DNA of 64,000 nucleotides, taken from Cycas panzhihuaensis. Lineage: Eukaryota > Plantae > Cycadophyta. Under the pieces are notes generated by a model that did no database searches, was not told the origin of the DNA, and saw only the letters and a list, made by a program, of their open reading frames with translations. Positions 27,353 through 39,073 of the stretch are shown here, in pieces. The stretch is taken from contig CM041465.1 in NCBI GenBank assembly GCA_023213395.1, positions 252,099,741-252,163,740 of the forward strand, given 5' to 3'. A program made the translations under genes and the position numbers. How positions within the stretch are numbered: the stretch's first letter is position 1; every line of letters starts with the position of its first letter.

Positions 27353-28519
27353 TTGTCATTTACTTCTTCTTCTCTTCTTTCCTTTTTGAAAATAATTATT
27401 TATTTATTTATTTATTTAAAAAACATCCAGGGCAAGATTATTGCTCTAATACCATTTGTGGTAATCCTGACAAGTCACCACTAGAGCTTATGAGAACTCA
27501 ACCAATCTAAGGGACCCAGTGTCCAAGGATAACACTAGAGTGCCTTGCGAAAGGTGTTCAAAGGCATTTGGTTAACTAATTAAAATTCCACGATGTCCAA
27601 TGTTACAATAGCCATGCATATTTATACATGTCCTAGTGTCTTTTCATGAATGGGTATGACCCGTCGAATATACTCTTTGGTAATTAATGTTAATTAATAG
27701 TAAATTATTCACTTTGTATTGGCCACTAGCACTTATTTTTATAAACTCTACAAAATATGTTTTGGCAATTTAAGAGAGGCATCACTTGTGAATGTATATG
27801 AACTCCTTTCAACTTGACAACCATACAAACAAGATGTTTAACAAAGGTGGTTGGACTCAAGGGTTTAAAGAATCTAATTCCTCCCTTCAAAATCAAGGCC
27901 CAAGGATTTTGGTGCAACACATTTTTTCTAGGGAGGTTGGGAGTGGAGACTTTCCAAAGTAAAACCTTATTTGCACACTCTCATTTTTCATTAATTACTT
28001 TGAATGAGATTTTTTTTCATATAAAACACTTATGTACTATGCTTTTAGCCTTTAAGTTTTCTTCTAGGCCTTTAATTAATATTATTAGTATTTTTTATTT
28101 TTTTAAAGTGGTGTTATGTATAAGTTTGGATGAACGTTCATATGGTTCACTTGGAATTTAGTTGACTTCAAATAGGGTTTGTTTAGGTGCACATTGGGCC
28201 AAAAGCAAGCAAATCTAAACTCAAACATAAGAACTAGGTTTGAGTTCAAATCGAGTTTGTGAGCCCTACTAGGTAGGTTGGCAAACCAAGTAATTATGTG
28301 TCTAACAACCTTATCAAACAACCTTATCATGGGCAATTATCGATGCAACCCATCTAAAACCCTTGGCACAAGTCTTTCACATGTGCCCTTAATTCATCCT
28401 ATCAAAGCATTAGCATCAACCTTAGTCCTCATAACTGTGACCTACCACTTTGAATCTCTAGTAAATTTAAACATAACAAGAGAATTAGGATCCACTGCCC
28501 ACACCAAAATCTAACTATA

Positions 28520-31206
28520 AGGATCCGAAATTGTCACAATTGTCAATGACCGATAGTGGAAGGCTTGACATGTCATCAATGTATTCTAACATTCCTCTTG
28601 AAAGCCATCAACAACAAACTTTGCCAAACGAAATTGAAAACCTTCAACTGCTTGCACTACAATATTCCACCACTTGAGTGGAATACTAGTTTTGTCTAAC
28701 ATGTCTCATTATGGCACCAGACAATATTTGCATTGCCCACTTCTGTATTAAACCCCTAATTTTCAAGAGTTAAATGCCTTAACTGCTATAGGCATCTATG
28801 TTGCTGCAATAAGTTGTAGTAATTTCTCTCATGTCCATCTACTTGGCATCCTCTTCCAAAGCCTAGAGATCAATTTCTCGACCATCATTAGGGAGTGCAA
28901 TCAATTGATTGATTACCACTAGTGTAATATGGATAGGGCAATGTAAATGAAACATTCCATCACCAAACCTCTTGCTTGTTTTGGAGTGCCAACAAAAGTA
29001 ACCTAACCATATGAGTAACTCTAACAACTGCAAAGAACATGTAGTTAGGCACCCTTTCTTAAATTGCATTGTTTTTATAATCTCACTCAATGACGATTAA
29101 CCAATCAAGTGACCTTTCAATAACAATCTCCTCTCCATCATAAAATCTACCAATAACAATATTGGTACATTCAACTTCTCCAAGGCAATTGCCAGGTGAA
29201 GGCGTTGGCTTATGTCACTTCATTTGGGGATTTGTAGCTTGAGCTTTAGGTCAACCCATCGAGATAAACTACCCACATGGGCAACTCCAACAATGTCAAG
29301 CAACAAACACTTAGGTGTTCTATTCTCAAAACGAATTGATGTCCCCATCTCATCCTAAGAAGGGCTAGATAATCAAGTGACCTTTCTGATTGCCATTTGA
29401 CTCCAGTTATCATAAAATCTACTTGTATCAACATCAATAAATTTAACTTTTTCAAGGCAATTATTAGGCAACAAGATCGACTTCTTTCTACTCTTCTAGA
29501 GCATTGTGCCTTAAGCTTTAGGTCAACCAAGGCTTGAGCTCACCAAAATAGTTCTCACAATCAACAATCTCTAAATCCTAACCCACATTAAAGAATTTGA
29601 AAAGAAGTACGCAAGAAGTTGAAGAAAATACTAGGACACCTAACTGATTTGGAATCGAAATCGAGATAAGACCATACCCTTTATGCTTTTTGTCATCCTT
29701 GCTATCAATGTGGACACACCATAACACGATTACTCACCCATGGTAGATACTCATTCTACATTTTTTTCTAAAAAGATGCCCCCAATTCGCATACATGGAG
29801 AATCCAATCATTTCTTCTTTATACTGGTTCCACATGCCCTTCATAAAGATAGGTAATTCACATTATTGCATTGAATTAGGCAGTTCACATTATTGCATTG
29901 AATCAAGCGTCCTCGCAAATAAGTTGAGGAACACCTTTTTAGATGACATCAATTGAACAAGCATCCAATGCGACACTACCATGTCTGGGATCTTGAATTA
30001 TTAACTATCAATATATCACTAAATTTGCCTAATATTCACTTCATGCATATTTCACTTGTCATTCCTCCTGCAACTTTAGACAAATGTTGACTTCGTGGAA
30101 CTCCTCATTACACTTCATACCACTCTCGATTGTTGTTGATTTCTTTCAACTCCAAATCAATATCAAGCCTATGACACCAAATTGTGACAAAACCCATAAT
30201 AAGATTGCCCACTATCAATTTCTTCTAGCCATTTCCAAAAATAACAATGTGCTTTATCTAGGATATACAATTATGTCAGTTCACTAAGTTTGTTGCCAAG
30301 TCTTTAAATTCTTTTCTCCCTTCTTCTTTGACCATATTGCTCTTGTCAACAAATTCTAAATGAATGCAACTTCCTATCAATCGACAAACTAAATTTTTCA
30401 GTTACTTCTACATTTTCTAATTTATTCAAAATAAGCATTCATGACTCTATTAAATAGAAATCCACAATTCAATTTTAATACAATTCCTATGGACTTCCAT
30501 TAGCCTTGTTGATTGATGAAGTCCCATCAATCCAAATTAGTTGAGTCAAACTACTCTCATATAGCTTTGACAAGACATATTGCTTTTGCCACCTTGTTCA
30601 ACTTACTACATCAACACCCATCGACTATAATTCCAAGGTACCTAATCCCCTTCTTGAAGATGTTGCCCTTTAATATATTTGTCATGTTAGCTTTTCTGTT
30701 AATTCTTTACGCCTTACTAACCCCAATTGGCAAAATGTTAAACTTTTTTGACTTATTGGTATTGAAGCAACCTCTTTTGCAACTTTTTTTTATTAGCACA
30801 ACTCATATAACCTGCTTCTTGGAAGCTTGGTACACTAAATTCCATTGGCATCACTCCTTTGACTCCATATACTAACTTAAATGCCATTTGTGATGCCAAT
30901 CTTTTAAAACAAGTTATAAAATCCCATTGAACAACATGTAATCTACTTGCCCAACACATTTTCCCTACACTACAAATCTTGGTCAAAGCCCTACAAACAA
31001 TCTTTTCTAAACTTTTTGCTCACCCATTAGCCTAAGGATAATATAAAGCACATTTTTTATGTTGAACCATAAATTCATCCATAAACATGTTCTTTGTATA
31101 AATTCAAGAGTTATGTCCTTTAATCACTCACTCACTCCGAAGAGCATCCAAACGTAGTAATCGCACATAAAAACAAGAATTGAGCAATCGCTTATGCAAT
31201 ATCACT
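28520..31206 (-). mobile_element. Non-chromoviral (OTA: Athila/Tat-like) Gypsy remnant: integrase ~30500-31200 plus downstream extra-ORF remnant
   Basis: FKLVYGVKGVMPMEFSVPS (30753-30986) parallels FQLAYGLEAFVPLEFQV of element C. GDGMFHLHCPIHITLVVINQLIALPNDG (28863-29090) resembles OTA 3' accessory ORFs. Confidence 0.7.
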
Positions 31207-32321
31207 TGTTATAACCCTAATTAATTAAACATAAGATATATTTAAAAGGGTGATATTGAAGGGTTACAACCTTTCGAAAAGACACCTTACCAACTATAAA
31301 TATATCAACACCAAATGTAAACAAGCATCACTTATATTTTTTATCAAATAATCAATGGTTTTTTTACTATTAAAAGCATTCTCAAGTGGCCATTGTGCTC
31401 CCTGGCTCATTAAAACCTGTTCTCTGCTTCTAGTTACGAATTAGGTTCGTAAAATGTGGTATCAGAGCCACAATCTTGACTATTAAAAAGATCTAAATAA
31501 ATAAAAATTAAAAAATACATTGCTCAATTGGCACTAAAACATTCTTGTATCAGAGTTTGTGGTTGAGTGAAGGTGAGCCATATCACGCACTTTGCATATA
31601 TACTACTACTCTACCCCAAATCTATTTTCAACCAATATTATTATAAATATCTATCATCAAGTCAAAACACCATAGCAAGGCAATACATCAATCATCACCA
31701 TATTGAATCACTGACTTATTAATTTACCACCTTATTGAATTATCAATATTGAAACGCCACAGCATAATAGATATCTATCGCTCATTATATATCAAATTTT
31801 ATTGTGGTCAATGATTGCCAAAAAAAAAACACAGTTGATAAATACATATCGATATGCCTATGAATGCCAAGTCGGCACATCATACTTCCACTAGATTATA
31901 AGTCTTGTTGCTACGTTGCAAGCCTCCATCTTAAAAAAATATACATCTACTGCTTCCCAGTTGAATACCATTAATTTGAGAGAAAAATTGTTGCTATATA
32001 CAGATATTGTTGTGCAATGTCAAGGTGGATTCCCATCATACAAATAGTAGGACTGATATACATATACGATGCCTTGTTCAAGTAGTCGCAAAACCATCAT
32101 CATTATTTGGATCTACATATATTCCTAACTATGTCAAACTTGTGTATTGAGGCAATCGAGCTCGTTCCTCAACATCCCTTATCTGATTCCTCGACTCTAG
32201 TCTTCCATCATCCGATCCTGGTCGGGTCATCTGTCTCCCTCATCTGAACTGTTCGTTCATCTCCTTGGTTTTTCGTCATCTGATTCTGGTTCTGGTCCTA
32301 CACCCTTTGCCCTATATATAA

Positions 32322-32325
<4 letters not shown>

Positions 32326-32354
<29 letters not shown>
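32326..32354. repeat. (TA)n microsatellite
   Basis: Direct reading. Confidence 0.95.
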
Positions 32355-32358
<4 letters not shown>

Positions 32359-32576
32359 ATGTTCGTCATTCCATATGACATATACTTGTTCAATATAGTT
32401 ATATAGTATAATATTACATTATATATCACTGCTTCTTATATTCTATATCTACGTCACTTTAAGTCATATCTTCAAATATTTTTCAAATATAATAGATATT
32501 CAATTTTTATATTCACTCTATAATTATTTACGTCACCACTTAGTATAGGTTATCTATAAATATTTATATCCTTTAT

Positions 32577-32600
32577 ACACACACACACACACACACACAC
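32577..32600. repeat. (AC)n microsatellite
   Basis: Direct reading. Confidence 0.95.
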
Positions 32601-34399
32601 TTACCATTAAAGGTTATGTATTCACCATATATTATATAAGAACTAGGGCCTCACCATATCTTAATATCATTTATCCACATAGTATTATACTCTACTAGGT
32701 GACAAAGACCAACACAATTCCCTTAGAATCTAACATAATACATTGTCTAAGCTTATATGACGTGGGTAATTAACAAAAAAAAGGGCTGGAATAGATCTTT
32801 TGACCTACAAAGAGTGCTTTATATTTTTTGTTTTGTGCCCATATAAATCTAACATAAACAAATACATAAGCACCCACAGTGATGGAAGGCTACCGTCAGA
32901 ATCGTACTTATACCATTGTAAACATGATGAACATTGAAAAAATGGTTGAAAACTCAATTCAAAAGGACATAGTCAAACCTATCACCCAAGCAGTTTATGA
33001 AGCAGTTCAGATGTCGAATGCACTCTTAAACCACACCTTACATCAGATCTTAGACAAATTAACAATCATGGCATCAAGCAAAAAAGAAGACATAATTGTC
33101 CCTAACTCAGAAAATAAAGGAATTAGTTGCTAGTCATATACTAGAACTTGATTTACAAGAGATCATTCTGGGCCTCAAATAACTCAAGGTAACTTCAATA
33201 ATGAACCTATTAGGAAATATCTTAATGACTACCAAAATCTAACACCTGAAAAACAAAAAGTGGTTGGATTTCAAACATATTTTAACTATTTACAAACTCT
33301 ACAATCTCAAAAAAGGAAAAAGTTAGAAAATTTGTGATACAACATTTCAGCATTGAGCAGAAGACAAATGAACCAAAAGTATGGATTCAACAAATGGAAA
33401 TTTTTTTTTGTTTGGTTGAAATTCAGCCAACTGAACAAGTTGCTTTAGCAACCTTACACATGGATAGAATAGTGTGCGAATGGTGGCAGAGTTTAGAGCA
33501 TACCACATTTTGAAACTAATTGCCAACATGGAAAAAATTTGTCTACTTATTTATTAAGAGATTCGAAATTGTAACCAATCGCACTTACTATTGTGAATTG
33601 TGAAAATTAAGACAAACAAGATCTATAGAAGAATATAGCATGGCATTCACTAAATTGAGTTACATAGTAGAGGATATTCCAACTAGTAGACTCATTCAAT
33701 TATATATTGATGGCCAAATAATGGAAATTCAAGCTGATGTGAAGATCCAAGAACCAAAAGATCTTAATAAAGTTATGCAATTAGCCAGAATACGCAAAGA
33801 CAAACTTAATGCAGTACGCAAGATAAAGACAACCCCCTATATCTCTCCATTTGCTCGACCTAGTATGTTACCCAGTGCCCAACCTAATCCATTATCAATA
33901 ACCAATCCTTCAAAAGACAATAACAAAACAAAAAGAGTTAAGAAAAAGGATCTATGCTTTAGATGCAAAGAAAAGTGGATACGTGGGCATAAATGTCAAA
34001 AGAACCAATCATATACGATTAGATTATTTTCGAACAACAATATTGATGAAGAAGAAAATGAACAAAGTTTAGAAAACAACCAGGAAGATTGTCATAATTA
34101 TGGGCATTAAGGAAATTACTACAATCTCAAGGTTGACAATCCAAAAATGTTGTTCTCATCTATGACCAATTTTACTCAATCAAATACATTAAAACTATGA
34201 AAATCTATCAAAAATCAAGTTGTTACAATCTTGGTGGACCTAGGTAGCACTCATAGTTTCGTTGATAGAAACTATGCTCAATAGCTAAGATTATTTCCAT
34301 TAAGAACTCCTCATTTCCAAGTAAATGTTGGAGGAAGATAGCTAATATCAAGGCAAGGTATGATTCCTTAGCTACCCTATTCAAATAGTTCTTTTCATG

Positions 34400-34981
34400 C
34401 AACTAGGGTATCACCCTTTGTCTAGTGTGCTTTGTGGCTACAATATCTTCAAAACTTCTAATGCTTCAACCTCCAAACTCTATGGTGGCTAGGGTTCCGT
34501 GGCAAGTTGCTCTCTTGACAGTGTTCTTAGTAGCAAGCATTTCCTCAACAAACAATTGCTACAACATTAATCTCCAAAGTTCATCTTCGAAATCTATCAC
34601 TGAGTAATGGTGATCCTACGATTGAATGGCCTAATTGCAGGCTCTAATACCAAAATTGATGTGTAGAATCGTGGGCAAATGTAGTCTCAGATAACGTTAG
34701 CCATTAAATAAGGATTTGTCAAAGAGGTGACCACATTACACGCACTCTGATGATTTGTACAATAAGGTGCCTCTCATTTATAACAAGGGCTTAGTAACCA
34801 CCTGAAAACCTACTTGACTGACTGTCTAACTAACTACCTTAATTAGTTTAACAATCTACTAATCGTTCTCTAACTAACTAAATGACTGATTAATTAACTT
34901 AAATGTACTTTACATATAAGTACAATAATGTACACATTATATTATAAAGTGTCATGACATTAGGACAAGCAATACTCATCA
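34400..34981 (-). mobile_element. Family A fragment: 5' LTR 34657-34981, PBS 34641-34652, start of leader
   Basis: Reverse complement of the TGATGAGTAT...CCCACGATT...ACATCA LTRs at 56477, 58913, 62176 and 63748; post-PBS motif GCCTGCAATTAGGCC. Confidence 0.85.
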
Positions 34982-36835
34982 AGAAGTGAGAAAAGGGTAT
35001 AATAATATGCACCAAGAGTATGAAATGAAAGTCAAATAAAGAAAAGAGCGTGGATAATAAGAAAAGATATGACCAAGCAACACTTGCAAGATTAAAAGGA
35101 TAATTTCATGCATTTCCACAAAGTGAGATTCATCATTGAATACACTTGACATTCACCAAATAGCCTAAATGGACTCCAATAATACACAACAATTACAAAG
35201 AACGATATAGATAAAAGATTAGGTAACTAACTCATCAAGTTCATACATATCATTCCTCATAATTGAGCAAGAAACATATAAAAATATCTATTTTCATTGA
35301 ATATGCCTTATGTACACCAGGTAGACTAAATGAACATAGACAATACATAATGACTACGAAGGGAATTATATATAAAAGATGATAGGCAGACTAACTCATG
35401 ATATTCATACATAATCAATATCAGAAAAGGAGGCACAACATAACCCACTATCAGTATAGAACCTATAAATGCAATTCCATATACTATTGTTATGCGCTTG
35501 CCCATAACCCAAGATTTTAACTTGGGTCTATCTTACAACGTTAAAATTCTTTAGCTTGAGAAAAGAAAAGAGAGAAAGAAGATCAAAAGAATGGCCATCA
35601 TAGTGATTAGACCAAGTGACCAATAACCAACCCCTCAAGCTCTCTTCCATCTTCTTCATATCTTTTAAAGCTCATCCTGATGATAACTACCCACAACTAT
35701 CAATATTATCCATTCAATTACCTGAGCCGTTATAACTATTTCAAATTGAGTGAAAATCATGGAACCAAAATGGCCCTATTATTTTCAATAGCTCATAACT
35801 GGCATTCTCTTTCCCTTGTAAATTCGCACATTTCTATGTCTTTATTGAATCTTTCCTACTTGCAAATTGTAAGAATTTGGTAAAGTGCATGAAACAAAAG
35901 AGAAGAAAGAGCAACCCACTACTTTATGTTTGCCCTTTCAACTTTTTAACTTTTTCATGTTTTTGCAAAAATAGGCTTGTAATTCTTTTCTCTTGTTAAT
36001 TTTCCAATGCTTCATGAAAGTGCGAAGTCTAAAGCCTAGGCCTAACACCTAAAATCCATCTTTCACTTTTTTATAATTTCATGTTTTTTGCACTTTCAAA
36101 ACAAAGTGCTTTGCAATGTCTTATTGCAATGAACCTTTTCATTCATCTGCAAAGGAACAAAATTTAAAGTCATAAGGCTTTCTACAAAGGGCCCACCAAT
36201 CAAAATGTGACTTTTTTGCTTTTTTGTGAAAATAGATTTTGTGACTTTTGGTCCCTATCGTCCTCGCCATTATTTCACAAAACCGCAAAATCTAAGGCCT
36301 TGTAACTATCACTCACAACTTTCTTTCCTTTCACTAATCCCACAATATTAAAGCAAATAGTCAAGCATCCCATGTCTGCAAAGTTGAAGATCTATGAAAT
36401 TACGAAGTTACAAAATACTAATACTTCAAAAGTTTTCAGGATTTTAATCAAGTTACAAGCTATAGTTACAACTTATAACCATTACATTTGATTTGAAGAA
36501 CTTATTAAGCCTTCTAATTCTCAACATTATCATTATGTTGAAAATTCTCAACATTATCATTATGTTGAACCAAACCATTCAATTGTACTTCAAGTTTTGC
36601 TCCTTCATAGTCTAAAGATAACTTATAAAAATGAATCAACAATGCAAAACTTGAGCAAATTTTTGGAAGATTCCTTGTTTCAAGTAGCTCCTAGCAAGTT
36701 ACTTGAAACATTATTTAAGCTATCTTTATTTTTGAACAAAAATAACAAAATAAACTATACACAAAATATACAATATATACACATTTCTCTATTTACCCTT
36801 TCAACTATCCACCTGAAGCAAATAAACGGTAAGAA
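34982..36835 (-). repeat. Element B 3' LTR (left end lost at the family A junction)
   Basis: Colinear with 44259-44546 plus 55398-56476. The right boundary is inferred from PPT-like AGAGAGGGAATGAC at ~36836-36849. Confidence 0.7.
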
Positions 36836-36849
36836 GTCATTCCCTCTCT

Positions 36850-38620
36850 GATTTGGACATGATTAGCATATCATTCTTCAAGAGGCAAAGTGATCAAGTC
36901 TTTCCCAACCAAAACAGTTATGTTGGTCATCCTAATATTAGGAATGGCTTTAGTTGCACAAGCCAATTCAATCTCAACAACAAGCCATAAACAAATGGCA
37001 TATCAACCACCATAATGGAGATTACAACAAGCTTTGGATATGTTGTTGTATTTACAGCTAGATGCTTGATTCTCCCTAACAGTGGACATTGCTTTGAAGC
37101 CTATTGACCTTACATGGTGCTCTACTTTAGTACACTCCAATCCCAAAGCTTTCATGACATCATATGGAATTGCATTATGTGATGTTCCTATGTCCACGTT
37201 ACAATTATGCAAAACAAATTCATCATGAGTATTAAGGGAGACGTAGAAAGAAGAATTTTTAGATCTAAGAGAAGAGAAGCGACCTCCATTACTTCATCCT
37301 CAATCATGGCATTCAATATTTGATCATTAATCTACAGGGACAACATAATCCTCTCCTTCTACTCCATGAGCATCATGACCTAATAAGGACTCATGCCTGC
37401 TAGAAACCTTGAGAGGTCTTTCACAATAACATATTTCTCAATAGGTTTGTCTATAGCATTACTCACCCTCTAAGATGCAAGTTGTACTATTGGGTTTTGA
37501 GGCACTTTTGGAGAAGAAATGCTCCTTAGTGGATCTACAATAGCTCCTTCTGTGTTGGAATTAGAGTTAGGCCTTTGTTCAACTACATCTTAGCCTTCTT
37601 GCTTGGCTACTTGTGTTTTAATCATTACTGCCAAACTCATTGTACTATGATCAATTCCTTCCTCATCAAGAATTGATGTCATGTTTATGTCTTGATGAGA
37701 AAAAGAAAGACTTGAAGTGGAAGCATCTTCCAAACCACCCATGCCACTAAATAATTCATTAAACCTAATAGTTTGCTCATCAATTAAGGAAGAGTCACAT
37801 TCTAACTCATTATTGATAGCATACTACTCCTCTTTTGGTTTCTTAAGCAATGTATATTCTTGAGGTTCTTTACCTTTGCCTGCTTCTTCCAATATTAAAT
37901 CACATTATTCATCTTCCTTAGCAAGGCTTGTGTTTGAGGATTTGACTGAGTGAGATAGAAAGGGGTTTCCCTTCTAGGACTAGGCATAAGAGATGACCCT
38001 ACTTTACCTTACTTGTTCCACATCAACTCTAATCCCTTAGCTAGTTCTTTGGCTTCATCCATTGGTTGAGGTAGTTTAGAAACTACCATGAATCTAGTCT
38101 TAGTATCTAAATCCCTCCAAAAACCATTTTATCTAAACTTCTATTAATGGTCAATGATTTTCAAAAATTATCCTCAATGTTTTATCAAACCTTTCCACAT
38201 AACATTCAGCACATTCCCTTGGACATTTTTCGATAATGAATAATTCTTTAATCAAGGCAACAATTGTCTTTCTACTGCAATACTTGGGTTGAATGGCATT
38301 CATCAAATTGTTCGACATACCAATAGAGGCATTAGGTAATGTTTTAAACTATGCAGTTGCACCTACTTCTAATGCATGAACAAACAACCAAACAACTATT
38401 TTTGCATGCTCAAAGTTAAAGATTTTAAACATTAATAAGTTTTCAAGATATAGCTCTCCAGTGATTGTTCCATCTCCTTTAAACTCGGGGCAAGCATCCC
38501 ATGCCTTCTCTGAAACATCATTCAAAAATCCCTCTAAGGCCAAGGGCTCATTTGTCATCCATATAATTTGGTTTTGATTGCTTCTCTAATTGTTAACTCG
38601 ATCTTCCTCCATCTCTAAAT
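36850..38620 (-). pseudogene. Element B gag plus protease (OTA-like Gypsy); no RT, RH or INT
   Basis: CPEFKGDGTITGE...VVWLFVHALEVGA (38349-38558). FYVSL...LHNCNVDIGTSHNAIPYDVMKALGL (37003-37250). Confidence 0.75.
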
Positions 38621-39073
38621 TGTCAGGAACAAAACCAAGAAGTTCAACAGGAAGGATTTCAACTTCAAGTTGGGCTCATCTTCTTATTCTTTCGTGAGGG
38701 GAATGCAACAATTCCTCTTTGATGCCCTATGACCTAGCAAGGCATTTGTATGACCCTCTAAACTCTTTAGCTAGTTTGAGAAATGGATGATGAAAGAAAA
38801 CTAGGGAGTTATTTCATGTAAGCAAAATCTTGGAACTCCCCAATATGGTTGCTAAGATATTGACCTATGTTTTTGTACCCCAAAACAATGCTTTAGAATG
38901 TGACCAGTCTGCAAAGTGTTTGCTAGCAAAAACTAAAAACACAAGACAATTATAGGGTAAAAACGATTTGGTTAAAGGGGCAACTCCCTTATAATATACA
39001 ATGGATAATGCAAATGCATATGATAGTCGTAATGTATGCTAAAGAATACCATGCACAATGGGATACTTGTAAA

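Larger units (their letters stand above)
24265..27731 (-). mobile_element. Old LTR pair (D): ~24265-24538 and 27457-~27731, PBS 27443-27454; interior lacks recognisable gag/pol
   Basis: Diverged ~270-bp direct repeats beginning GTGGTAATCCT(A/G)ACAAGTCACC. GCTCTAATACCA precedes the right copy. No TSD, so the pairing is uncertain. Confidence 0.55.
31207..34400 (+). mobile_element. Gypsy 5' part (G): LTR 31207-31454, PBS 31457-31468, 1.4-kb leader, gag ~32879-34110, protease ~34150-34400; truncated
   Basis: TGTTATAACCCTAATT...AATTAGGTTCGTAAAA inverted ends, then TGGTATCAGAGC. LCFRCKEKWIRGHKC and VTILVDLGSTHSFVD. Confidence 0.85.
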
